DNA of 64,000 bases from an uncultured delta proteobacterium (lineage in GTDB: Bacteria; Desulfobacterota; Binatia; UBA9968): NCBI GenBank assembly GCA_963755715.1, contig CAVWLW010000063.1, forward strand, positions 1 through 64,000, written 5' to 3'. The translations under genes were made by a program, and so were the position numbers. The stretch's first letter is position 1; each line of letters begins with the position of its first letter. Shown in pieces: positions 20,572 to 30,571 of this stretch. The notes below the pieces were generated by a model. That model was not told the DNA's origin and did not search any database. It saw only the letters and a list, made by a program, of their open reading frames with translations.

Positions 20572-20859
20572 ATGAAACTGCCTTGCGTGTACCTGCTGGC
20601 CAGCCAACGGAACGGCACCTTATATGTGGGCGTAACATCGGATCTGGTTCAACGTATTTGGCAACACAAAAATGACCTTGCTGAAGGATTTACAAAGCGC
20701 TACGGAGTGCACATGCTGGTGTGGTATGAGGAATGCGGCACTATGGAAGCTGCCATTTCGCGCGAAAAGGCGATCAAAGAGTGGAAACGGGCCTGGAAGA
20801 TTCGCCTTATTGAGAATCGCAATCCCGAATGGAAGGACATATACAATGAGTTGCTATGA
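20572..20859 (+). CDS. Small GIY-YIG nuclease family protein
   Basis: VYLLAS..NGTLYVGVT.DL.QR..QH, FTKRYGV..LVWYE, AI.REK.IK.W.R.WK..LIE..NP.W.D. Confidence 0.93.
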   Translation: MKLPCVYLLASQRNGTLYVGVTSDLVQRIWQHKNDLAEGFTKRYGVHMLVWYEECGTMEAAISREKAIKEWKRAWKIRLIENRNPEWKDIYNELL

Positions 20860-20887
20860 CTGGACACCGGCCTTCGCCGGTGTGACG
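20859..20887. repeat. CGTC-type repeat, inverted copy of 20389-20417
   Basis: ACTGGACACCGGCCTTCGCCGGTGTGACG. Confidence 0.85.
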
Positions 20888-20962
20888 GTTAATCTAAGTG
20901 TCAGCTTTGGGCGGTAACTGACTCGATAAGGCGACGCGAATATCGTTCAAGAGGAATAGACC

Positions 20963-22267
20963 ATGATCACCGCTGAAGAAAATCAACTACTCACTCAAAC
21001 CGACCCGCAGACGCCGTGCGGCGAGCTTTTACGCCGCTATTGGCAGCCCGTCGCGCTTAGCGAGGAACTGCCGAAAGACGGCGCGCCGTTGAAGGTTAAA
21101 ATCCTCGGCGAAGAATTGGTGCTGTTTCGCGACGATCAAGGCCGGCTGGGATTGATCGGGCTGCACTGCTCGCATCGGGGCACCGACTTGAGTTACGGAC
21201 GCATCGAAGACGGCGGGTTGCGTTGCCTCTATCACGGCTGGCTTTACGATGTCTGCGGCCGAATCCTCGATCAACCCGGCGAACCGGGCGGCGGCGCGAA
21301 CAAAAACGAGATCCGCCATCGCGCCCACCCATGCCAGGAAGCCGGCGGGGTGATTTTCACTTACATGGGGCCTGGCGATCCGCCATTGCTGCCGAATTAT
21401 GAATTTCTCACCGTGCCGGGCGAATACCGGACCGTGACCAAGATCTTTGAGACTTGCAACTATCTCCAGGGCAACGAAGGCAACATCGATCCTGTCCACC
21501 TTTCTTTTTTGCATCAATGTCTCGACGAAGCGCAGATTGCGCAGCGACGAACTGTACCGGGCAGCAACGCCACTGACAATAAATTGCTCGCTGAAGATAT
21601 CGCGCCGACGATCGAAGTCGAAATCACGGACTATGGTCTGAGGATCTACACGCTCAGAGGCGCCGGGCGAGACAAACGTTATTTGCGGGTTACCAATTTT
21701 GTCATGCCCAATTTGTCCGTCTTCGGCGGGTCTTCTGTGGGACAAGGTTATTCGATTCACTGGCACGTGCCGATCGACGACACCAGCCACTGGAAATACA
21801 TTTTCGCTTTCAGCCGCGAAAAGCCGCTAGATGATTTTATGCGAACGAGGAGCCGGGCGGAGCTGACCGCCGATTATCGATTGACGCGGAATGCTTCGAA
21901 CCGCTATCAGCAAGACCGCGCCTCGATGAACACGCAGACTTTCACCGGCATGGGTTTGAACTTTCAAGCGCACGACGCGTTCGCTACGGAGAGCCAAGGC
22001 CCGGTGCAAGATCGCACGGCGGAGCATCTGGTGACTTCGGACAAGGCAATCGTCGCCGCGCGTAAATTGCTGTTGAACGCGATGAGAGACGCAAAGAACG
22101 GCCGCGACCCGCAACACGTAATTAGAGATGCCAAAGCAAATCGGCTCCTGCACTTACAAGCGTTGTCGGAGGTCATTCCCCTCGCCGTGGATTTTAAGGG
22201 GCATATTCGCGAGCGTATCGCGGAAATCGACCGGGCCTACACATCACGCGGGGAAGGTCATCGATGA
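20963..22267 (+). CDS. Rieske non-heme iron oxygenase alpha subunit (LigX/phthalate dioxygenase-like)
   Basis: CSHRG...CLYHGW; EGNIDPVHLSFLH; HD...ESQG. Confidence 0.92.
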   Translation: MITAEENQLLTQTDPQTPCGELLRRYWQPVALSEELPKDGAPLKVKILGEELVLFRDDQGRLGLIGLHCSHRGTDLSYGRIEDGGLRCLYHGWLYDVCGRILDQPGEPGGGANKNEIRHRAHPCQEAGGVIFTYMGPGDPPLLPNYEFLTVPGEYRTVTKIFETCNYLQGNEGNIDPVHLSFLHQCLDEAQIAQRRTVPGSNATDNKLLAEDIAPTIEVEITDYGLRIYTLRGAGRDKRYLRVTNFVMPNLSVFGGSSVGQGYSIHWHVPIDDTSHWKYIFAFSREKPLDDFMRTRSRAELTADYRLTRNASNRYQQDRASMNTQTFTGMGLNFQAHDAFATESQGPVQDRTAEHLVTSDKAIVAARKLLLNAMRDAKNGRDPQHVIRDAKANRLLHLQALSEVIPLAVDFKGHIRERIAEIDRAYTSRGEGHR

Positions 22268-23241
22268 TTCGCAAGTTGTGGCTCGTGATTGCTTTGCTGC
22301 TGCTTGTGCCGGTTGGCTCGCGCGCGCAAGAGCGCTACACGATTGCTTACGCCGGGTTCGCCGGTTTTCAATCGCCGCTGTGGGCGACTAAGGAGCTGGG
22401 CCTACTCGCCAAGTACGGCATTAACGGCGACTTGGTTTTAACGCCGGGCTCGACTCGTCAGATCCAGGCGCTGGTGGGCAATAGTGTTCACTTTGCTCAG
22501 GTGGACGCGGTAACGACGGTAAATGCCATCGCGCAGGGCGCGGATCTGGTCATGATCTCGGGTTCGCTCAATACGTTTCCTTTCAGCTTTGTCGCACAAA
22601 AGGAAATCCGCAAGCCCGATGATCTTAGCGGCAAGAAAATCGGCATCGTCGGTTTCGGCGGCGCCAACGAGCTGGCGATATTGCTCGCGCTCAAAGAGTG
22701 GAATGTACAGCGCCAGGCCGTGACTCTCTTGCAGGCGGGCGGCGCGTCACAGCGTCTGGTCGCGATGAGCGCCAAAGCGCTCGACGCCACCGTGCTCGCG
22801 CAACCGGAGCTCGGCGAAGCGCAGCGCATGGGCATGAACGTGCTCGTGCACATGCGCGACATGAAAGCCGCGGCGTTTCCGATGAACGCCATCGTGGTGC
22901 GCCGGTCGTTCCTCCAGCAAAATCGCGACGTGGTCAAACGTTTCCAGGAGGCCTATGCCGAAGCGACCTATCAGTTGCTGAACAATAAAGACAAAGCGAC
23001 CGCGGTATTGGCGAAATGGTTGCAGCAGAAAAATCCCAAGGCGATCGAGGAGACCTATCAGTACATCGCGACCAGTTTTTCTTTCCCGACGCGTATCGCG
23101 GCGCAGGGGCTGCGCAACACCTTGGATATGGTCGCGCAGCGAAATCCGAAGATCGACATGAACCTTGCCAAATACGTCGATGAAAGCACGCTCGACGAAT
23201 TCGAAAAAGAAGGGTTCTTCAAGCGCATCACGGGAAAGTGA
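22264..23241 (+). CDS. NitT/TauT substrate-binding protein
   Basis: Signal peptide and family motifs; ATGA overlap with the oxygenase. Confidence 0.88.
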   Translation: MIRKLWLVIALLLLVPVGSRAQERYTIAYAGFAGFQSPLWATKELGLLAKYGINGDLVLTPGSTRQIQALVGNSVHFAQVDAVTTVNAIAQGADLVMISGSLNTFPFSFVAQKEIRKPDDLSGKKIGIVGFGGANELAILLALKEWNVQRQAVTLLQAGGASQRLVAMSAKALDATVLAQPELGEAQRMGMNVLVHMRDMKAAAFPMNAIVVRRSFLQQNRDVVKRFQEAYAEATYQLLNNKDKATAVLAKWLQQKNPKAIEETYQYIATSFSFPTRIAAQGLRNTLDMVAQRNPKIDMNLAKYVDESTLDEFEKEGFFKRITGK

Positions 23242-23277
23242 CTCGCGTTCAGGCCGTTCAAGACGAAGGCGGTTCTC

Positions 23278-24105
23278 ATGCCAACTAAAATTCAGCACGC
23301 GGCGATCGTCAGTGAAAACTTTGTCCGAGAAGCGAAATTCTATGAAGCCATATTCGGCATGAAGCGGTCGAAACCGGGCTCCGAAGAGGAACAGAAGGCG
23401 ATCCGGAACAATTATGCCGTCAGCATCAGCGACGGTTACGTCGGTGTGACTGTGATCGGCAGAAAGCCGGGTTATATACCGGGCTTGCACCATTTCGGCG
23501 TCGATGTCGACGACGTCGACGAAGCGATGTCGCGTATCAAGAAAAATTATCCGGAAGTCGCGGTGCTCAAGCGGCCTTCCAACCGTCCCTTTGCGACTTA
23601 CGGCGCCCATGATCCTGAAGGTAATTATTTCGACCTCACGCAGGAAGGCATGTCGAACCGCCGCGATGTTTATGTGCAACAACAGCGTGAACAGCCGCGG
23701 CGCATACATCACCTCAAATTGCGGGTCATGAATCCGTCGAAGATTGCCGCATTCTACCGCGATTCGTTCGACCTGACCGAAGCGGAAAAGGCGCTCGAAG
23801 ATCCGAACTTCTATCTCACCGACGGCAAGATGACACTGATCATCGCACCGTGGAAGATGAGCGATTTTGAAGGCGCCGGCATCGATCGCCCGGGCTTGGA
23901 ACATATTGGTTTTAAAGTCGAGAGCGTCGAGTCGGTGAAAACAGAATTAGCCGCATTGCGCGAAGCCAATGCCGAAATGCGCGAACGCATCATCAGCGAG
24001 CCGAGTGAAGGAGAAAGACGGCTTGCATTGATTGCGTCATGCCGCCATGGACAGCATCAATGTTCGAGTCCGGACGGGGTGTTTATCGATCTGTCGGAAC
24101 GATAA
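23278..24105 (+). CDS. Two-domain VOC (glyoxalase/extradiol dioxygenase fold) protein
   Basis: IQHAAI..FY; GLHHFG.DV; DPEGN; second repeat IHHLKL, GLEHIGF.V, PDGV. Confidence 0.85.
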   Translation: MPTKIQHAAIVSENFVREAKFYEAIFGMKRSKPGSEEEQKAIRNNYAVSISDGYVGVTVIGRKPGYIPGLHHFGVDVDDVDEAMSRIKKNYPEVAVLKRPSNRPFATYGAHDPEGNYFDLTQEGMSNRRDVYVQQQREQPRRIHHLKLRVMNPSKIAAFYRDSFDLTEAEKALEDPNFYLTDGKMTLIIAPWKMSDFEGAGIDRPGLEHIGFKVESVESVKTELAALREANAEMRERIISEPSEGERRLALIASCRHGQHQCSSPDGVFIDLSER

Positions 24106-24219
24106 ATCGCGTTCGGATAAAAAATTACAATTGTAACCCCGATCGATAGCGAACCTGTCGTCATGGATTTGTTTATCGCCGTGTCGGATCTGATGAAAAA
24201 TTAGAACGGGAGACCGCCG

Positions 24220-25233
24220 ATGGTGCTAAGCAAATGTCGGGGAAAAATGCCGGCGCCTGTGGCGCTGTTGTTTGGCTTTGCGCTCGCTTTTCTTCCCTCG
24301 GATCTAGACGCCGCCGACCGAATCTACAGTGCTTACTTCTCTCCCGCTCCCGGAGCTTCGGCGGTGATCTGGGTCGCCAAAGAGGCGCGGCTGTTCGAAA
24401 AGCACGGACTCGATGTCGCGCCCGTGCTCATTCCCAGCAGCGTGCGCACGCTCCAAGCGATCTTGGCGGGGGAAAGCGCTGTTGCCGAGAGCGCCGGCCC
24501 CGCGGTCGTCAGCGCGCGTCTCGCCGGCGGCGACGTGGTCGCGATTGCCGGCAGCGTAAATATTCTGACCTACTATTTTGTGACGCTGCCCACGATCAAA
24601 CGGGCCGAGGATCTCAAAGGAAAAATCGGCGCCAACCAAAGCCCCGGCACGATTGCCGATTTCGCCCTGCGCGTGAGCCTGAGAAAGTTAGGTCTGGATC
24701 CGGCGAAGGATGTCAGTCTGCGCTCCATCGGCGTTCTTTACGACCGCATCGCGGCGATGCAAAAAGGCATCGTGCAGTTCACCGTGGTCACCGAAGCGGA
24801 GAAGCCGGTCGTCGACAAGCTGGGATTTCCGGTTTTGCTCGATCTGATCTCGCTCAAGATCCCATTTCCCCAGCGTGGCATCTACACGACCGGCAAGACG
24901 ATCAAAGAGCAGCCGGATCTGGTGCGGCGCTACGTGCGGGCCTATGTGGAGGCAATTCACTATTTCAAGACGCGCAAAGAGGAAACCATGCAGATCATGC
25001 GCAAATATTCGCGCGTGGAAGATCGCGGCGTGCTCGAACACACGCAGTCGTGGTTCACGGAAAACATGCCGGATTATCCCTATCCGCCTATGGAAGGATA
25101 TCAAGTCGTGGCGCAGGAAATGGCGTCGATCCAACCCAAAGCAGCGGGGCTCAACGTGAAAGAGTTAGTCGACGCTCGCTTCGTCAAAGAATTGGAAGAT
25201 GCCGGATTCGTCGCCAATCTCGCCAAAAAGTAA
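24220..25233 (+). CDS. NitT/TauT substrate-binding protein
   Basis: WVAKE..LFEKHGLD, EDLKGK, D.RFVKELE..GF. Confidence 0.88.
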   Translation: MVLSKCRGKMPAPVALLFGFALAFLPSDLDAADRIYSAYFSPAPGASAVIWVAKEARLFEKHGLDVAPVLIPSSVRTLQAILAGESAVAESAGPAVVSARLAGGDVVAIAGSVNILTYYFVTLPTIKRAEDLKGKIGANQSPGTIADFALRVSLRKLGLDPAKDVSLRSIGVLYDRIAAMQKGIVQFTVVTEAEKPVVDKLGFPVLLDLISLKIPFPQRGIYTTGKTIKEQPDLVRRYVRAYVEAIHYFKTRKEETMQIMRKYSRVEDRGVLEHTQSWFTENMPDYPYPPMEGYQVVAQEMASIQPKAAGLNVKELVDARFVKELEDAGFVANLAKK

Positions 25234-25281
25234 CCGGTGTCCGGTCCCAAAGTTTTTTAGCGAAGGTGTTCACGTCTCAGC

Positions 25282-25380
25282 TGTCATACCGGCGGAAGCC
25301 GGTATCCAGAACGGGCGTATGCCACACGCCCCTACAAGAATTTCTGGATTCCCAGTTGCCCGCGGGATTCGCCGGGAACA
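25282..25380. repeat. CGTC-type repeat pair enclosing a GTAG-type REP
   Basis: TGTCATACCGGCGGAAGCCGGTATCCAG - GGGCGTATGCCACACGCCCCTAC - CTGGATTCCC...GCCGGGAA. Confidence 0.7.
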
Positions 25381-25399
25381 TGTGCGAGCGCATTCGCCG

Positions 25400-26180
25400 C
25401 TATTCCATCGCGCGCCGCGAAATATTTTCCGGCGTCAGGCCGCCGGCCCAGGGATAGCTTTGCAAGCTGTGACTGGTTTTACCGTTTACCAAGGTCTCCG
25501 CATGGCGAATCCCGACCAGCTTGGTATTGATCACCGGCACCTTGAGTTCGGCTTCCAATTCCAGCGGCGAAACTACGTAGGGCACAAGGCGCCCGCCCAG
25601 CGGGATGATCGCGTGGGCGCCTTGCGCGATCAATTCCCTTCCCACGGCGAGCATGCGCTCGACGAGAAGATCGTGGTAAGCCGATAGATCGCCCGTCTCG
25701 TAGGTGTTGATCGCCTGGATACCCGATATGAATCGTCCCATCCGATAATTCTCGATGATGCGCCGCGCATAGACGGCGTGGCTATCCAACGGCGCGATGA
25801 GGCCGAAACGATCACAAAGGGTCGCGGCAAAATGGCAGGATGCGCGCAGCACGCCGACGACCGGAATGCGCACGGCGCAGCGCGCCACTTCCACGCCCGG
25901 ATCGAACGTATTGCTCTGCACAACGGCATCGAAGCCCAAGCGTTCGGCTTCGATAACTTTCTTGACCAAAGCGGGTGTTTCCAGGGCATGGTGCAGCCCG
26001 GCTAATGCCTGGCTCTTGCGCAGGTGGCTCGTCACTTCGCTGCCGCCGAGATCTTCAGGATAATGCATCTCGATCGTCGTGCCCGGTGAAGCATAACTCT
26101 GGAGCAACGCCGCCACGCGGGCTTCGTATTCGCGGGCTTCCTTCACGTTTAGACTGGTGATTCAAGATCATGATGCGCAT
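25400..26180 (-). CDS. Asp/Glu/hydantoin racemase-fold protein (frameshift near start)
   Basis: RBS AGGAGG then MRIMILN; AE..GFDAV...FDPG...R..V.IPVVG; GA.AII; VPVI. Confidence 0.75.
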
Positions 26181-26315
26181 CGTCGTGCCTCCTGGTTCTC
26201 CCTACGGAGAAATTTAAAATTGCCGATTTCAGATCGGCGATGGAAATCTTCCCTACACAATTTCGCAAGGATTCGCGCCTCGGTAGCGACATGGCTACTT
26301 GCCTGATAAAAATTC

Positions 26316-27350
26316 TCACTGGCCGAAAATTTCTCGCATCAGCTTGGCGTACTCGACGATGTTTTCGCCGAGCTCGGGGCTCACGGGGACCATCTGGAGC
26401 CCTCTGGCCTTAGTCATCTGTTCCTGCATCAGCTCCACGCGCGCGAGATATCGCCCCAGCTCCGCGAGAGTTTTCTGTCCCTCCAGCGACAAGACAAAAT
26501 CCACGTAGAGTCGTGCCGCATTAGGATGTACCGGCTGGGACGCGATACCGATGCCGATCAGCGAAGCGGGCGCGGGCGGAAAAGCCACCCAATCGATGGG
26601 CGCGCCGCGCTTGCGCACCCGATCCACGGACGGAGCCGGAATATCGATATCCAAGGATGCCTCGCCGGCGGCCACTAGCTGGGCGATCAAATCGTGACCG
26701 ATGCGATTCATAATTTTCTGCTTGGCCAACTCCCTCATGTACTTCAACCCCTTTTCTTTGCCCATGACCTGCAGCACGCCGCCGAACCAATCCACCTTGG
26801 TCGGCTCCATCATCATTTTTCCCTGCCACATGGGGTGAAGCAGATCTTCGTATCGACGCGGCAGATTCTCTCTGCCGACCATACGGGAATTGTAGGCAAC
26901 GACGTAGGGGTTGGTATAAACCGTCGTCCAGTACCCTTCTTCTTTGTATTCCTTGCCGTAGTAGCCGTTTTCCGCAGAAAGGTAGTGGCCCAGCTGCTGA
27001 TTCTTCTTAAGCGTGTGCATGGCGAAGCCAAGAGTCTGGATGGCATCGGCAAAGGATTTTTTAGCTCTTGCCTCGATGAGTATTTTGGTGAGGAGCTTTT
27101 CACTGTCGGTTCGGTTGACCTTAACTTTTACAAACGGATATTTTTGCTCGAAACGCGCGATCATCGTGTTGGTTTCTTCGAGATTCATGGACGCATAGAG
27201 AATCACCTCGCCTTCCTTCTTGGCGCCTTCAATCCATTGCTCCTTGCTTGCGGCTGCGGAAAACTGCGCGGTAGGAAGAGCCGCGACGAGCAAGACCCAA
27301 GGTGTGAGGGCCTTCAGGGTTTCTAGAATCCGCCTGGCCATGTAACCCAC
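26316..27350 (-). CDS. AfuA/FbpA-like solute-binding protein
   Basis: AKKEGEV, YEDLL.P.W.GK, HPNAARLYVDFVLS.EGQ. Confidence 0.88.
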   Translation of the reverse strand: MGYMARRILETLKALTPWVLLVAALPTAQFSAAASKEQWIEGAKKEGEVILYASMNLEETNTMIARFEQKYPFVKVKVNRTDSEKLLTKILIEARAKKSFADAIQTLGFAMHTLKKNQQLGHYLSAENGYYGKEYKEEGYWTTVYTNPYVVAYNSRMVGRENLPRRYEDLLHPMWQGKMMMEPTKVDWFGGVLQVMGKEKGLKYMRELAKQKIMNRIGHDLIAQLVAAGEASLDIDIPAPSVDRVRKRGAPIDWVAFPPAPASLIGIGIASQPVHPNAARLYVDFVLSLEGQKTLAELGRYLARVELMQEQMTKARGLQMVPVSPELGENIVEYAKLMREIFGQ

Positions 27351-27418
27351 TTAGTAGCGCCGAGATCGCCGTGACACAGAGTTCTCGATTGCCACTGCCC
27401 CAGAGTGACTAAACCTTA

Positions 27419-29100
27419 TTACTTTCCGGCCGTTGCCTTGCGCCGGCCGATGGCGGCTTCGCCTCTCGGACTGATCGCGCGCTCGACGGCGACATTCAAC
27501 AGCGCAGGCCGGCCGGCGGCGAAGGCTCGCTCTAGCGCGGGCGCAAGATCTTCAGGCCGCTCGACAAATTCGCCATAACCACCCAACCCCTGCACGACTT
27601 GCTCGTAGCGGGTCTGGAGCAGATCCGTTGCGACTGAGCGACCGTAGAGACCGAGCTGAATTTGCCGGTCGATGCCCCAGGCTGAATCGTTGCCGAGGAT
27701 GGCGACGACATTGAGTTTGTGGCGCACCGCGGTGTCGAACTCCATGGCATTGAAACCGAACGCGCCGTCGCCGCTGAGCATGATCACGCGCGAGTCGGGA
27801 TACGCGACTTTGGCGGCGAGCGCCTGGGGCAGCGACGAGCCCAACATGCCTAAGCTCGAGACGTAGAGCCAATGCTTGGGCTTGAGCGCGGGCAACAAGG
27901 AGCGTCCGAAATGGCAAAAGTCGCCGCCGTCGAAGACGAGGCAATCATCCGGGCGCAGCAGCGATTGAATAGTTTTGTGCACGAACGAGAGCGTGCATCG
28001 GCGATTTGCGGGCGCGCCAGTTTTTCTGTCCATTCCGCCTGAGCGGCGCGCACGGCGCGCAGCTCTTCGATCCACGGCAACTCCTTCCAGGCGTGAGTTG
28101 AAGCTTCCTTGGTCAGCTGATCCAAGACGCTGGTGACGTCGCCGACCATGCCGACAGCGACGCCGCGATTGCGGCCAATCTCCAGGGGCGACGGATCGAT
28201 CTGAATGATCTTGGCATCGGCGGAAACATGAGGCGGCCGACAAAAACCAATAACGAAATCCTGCTTGCGCCCCAAGAGTACGACCACGTCGGCGTCGCGG
28301 ACTTTTGCCGCGGCGCGATTCAAGCCGCGCTCGAAAAATCCGAAAGCGTACGGATGATCGTCGGGAATAAGTCCACGCGCCTGCTCTTCGGTCACGACCG
28401 GCACGCGCGTGGTTTCGACGAAACGCTGCAGAGCGTCGCCGGACAGCGTGTAACCAGCGGCGCAGCCGGCGATTGCCAGCGGCCTGCGCGCTTCGCGCAA
28501 GAGCGCGATGGCGCGGCGCACGAGCTCAGCGTCCGCAGTCACTGATTCTCTGGGGCGATATTCTTCGGGTTTGACGAAGGCGATTTCATTTTCCTCGACG
28601 CTTTGCTCCTGCACGTCGATGGGTATTGTCAGATGCACCGGCCCACGCCGTCCACTGAAAGCCAGACGCATCGCGCGCGCAATGAATTCAGGAATTCTTC
28701 GCGCGTCAGGAACCATGAACGAGCCTTTGCACATCGGCGCGGCCATGGCGACCTGATCGATTTCCTGCTGCGCGCCGCGACCCAAGTCGTGCGCGTCGGC
28801 GCAGCCGGCGATCGAAATGACCGGTCCCTCGGTATGCATCGCGTTGGTGAGGCCGGGAATCGCGTTGGCGAAGCCCGGCGTCGTGTACATGCAAACTCCC
28901 GGCTGCTCGGTGATCCGGCTCCAGGCATCGGCCATATGAACGGCGGCTTGCTCATGACGCGTATCGATGATGCGGAAGTCTTGGTCCGCCATGACGTCGA
29001 GCAGCGGCAAGATGTGATCGCCGGCCAAGCCGAAAATATTTTTCACGCCTTCGAGTTGGAGCGCCTTGCAGACGAGATGACTTCCTGTGATTCGTGCCAT
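27419..29100 (-). CDS. ThDP-dependent enzyme (acetolactate synthase-like/2-hydroxyacyl-CoA lyase family), frameshift ~28000
   Basis: RHEQAA; GPVHL.IP.DV; GDGAFGF...NDSAWG ThDP-binding motif. Confidence 0.88.
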
Positions 29101-29159
29101 GGATCGTCTCCTGAATCGTTAAAAGTTGTATCCTCTATAACATCGCCCAAGCGGTCATT

Positions 29160-30479
29160 CTATGGACAACTTGCCGGCGCGAGCATCGCCATGCGCTTTG
29201 TCCAGGGACGGATTAGGAACAAAACCAGTAGCGTGGCGAACAGCAGCAGAGCGAGCAAGATCCACAAGACCGCCAGGTAACTCTGGGTGCGGTCGTAAAT
29301 TGCGCCGGCCATGACGGGACCGGCGAAGCTTCCCCACATGTAGAAGAAACTCATCATGCCGCGGATCGTCGCGAAATTACGCCGGCCGAAAAAATCTCCT
29401 ACGGTTGCCCAGATGATGGGAAACGACGCGTCCAAAAAAGTGAACGTCGTCGTGAACAGCAAGAGTTGCCAGTAACCTGAATCGACAAAAAGGGGTGGCA
29501 GAGAAAGCGCCGGAAGAAAATGGCAAGCGGCTAAGAGTTTGGGTTTGTTGACGCGGTCGGCGATCCAACCGAGCAGGAAATGCGCCACCAGATTGATCGA
29601 CGCAAACGCCCCGAGAAGAGTCGCGGCAGCTCCTTCGGATAAGCCTTTCCAAACCATCAACGGAATAAAATGGACAGTCGCGGTGCTGTAACAGGTCACG
29701 CGCGCAGTCATGGAAATAACCAGTAGCCAGAACACCCAAGTTTTCATGGCTTGGCGGCTCGTGAAGTCGGCGATGGCATTATTGTCCGTTGCCGCATCTG
29801 CGCCAGCATTGCTGGCGGAATTCGGCGGGGCGACTTCACCGTCCGGCCGCAGCCCCATACTTTCCGGCGAGCGCTTTAACTGAAAACTCAAAGGCAAGCA
29901 GACCAGCAAGAAGATGCAGCCCGAAGCAAATGCCGCCCACCGCCAACCCAGCGAAGCGACGCCGACAGCAAGCAACGGAGAGATCAAGGCGCCGCCGATG
30001 GGCACGGCGGCACTTACGACCGTCATGGCGCGAGCGCGCTGGCGAATGAACCAACTATTGGCGACCACCATGGGCGAGTGAACGAAGCCGGCAATGAATG
30101 CCAGGCAGATCACGCCGAGGTAGACGACCATGAAGCCGACGTATGTAGTCACCCAGGAAAGGAGGATGTAGCCAACACCCGCAAGAAAAACCGCCGTGAC
30201 GATGATCGGCCGCGGGCCGTAACGGTCGATGAGATAACCGACGAGCGGCGCTTCGATCGCACCCTGGGCGCGCGATAATGAAAACGCCAGCGAGGTTGCC
30301 GCGCGACTGATGCCGAGATCCTGGCTGATCGGCAGAAAGAACACCGTGAAGCCAAACTGATGCAGCCCGCCGCCGACGATGCGAATGGCCGATACCAATC
30401 CGACCATGCGCCAGCCGTAAAAAATGCGCGAGGAAATATTGGATATAAATTTGCGACTAATGGCGGCGCGAGAAGTCAC
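29160..30479 (-). CDS. MFS transporter
   Basis: FYGW, GYLIDRYGPR motif A, ~12 TM segments. Confidence 0.88.
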   Translation of the reverse strand: MTSRAAISRKFISNISSRIFYGWRMVGLVSAIRIVGGGLHQFGFTVFFLPISQDLGISRAATSLAFSLSRAQGAIEAPLVGYLIDRYGPRPIIVTAVFLAGVGYILLSWVTTYVGFMVVYLGVICLAFIAGFVHSPMVVANSWFIRQRARAMTVVSAAVPIGGALISPLLAVGVASLGWRWAAFASGCIFLLVCLPLSFQLKRSPESMGLRPDGEVAPPNSASNAGADAATDNNAIADFTSRQAMKTWVFWLLVISMTARVTCYSTATVHFIPLMVWKGLSEGAAATLLGAFASINLVAHFLLGWIADRVNKPKLLAACHFLPALSLPPLFVDSGYWQLLLFTTTFTFLDASFPIIWATVGDFFGRRNFATIRGMMSFFYMWGSFAGPVMAGAIYDRTQSYLAVLWILLALLLFATLLVLFLIRPWTKRMAMLAPASCP

Positions 30480-30571
30480 AGCGCCGACGTTATGTGAACG
30501 AAAGGTCGGGCGTCAAGGGATAAGAAGGGATTGGAACTCGGCGCCGAACCGTTGGACAAAAAACTTCCGGC

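Noticed and set aside
24234-25457. Long alternative-frame and antisense ORFs (also 2268-3245, 22747-23904, 62308-63234)
   Set aside because: They overlap well-supported genes, are Arg/Ala/Pro-rich and lack motifs; typical high-GC shadow ORFs
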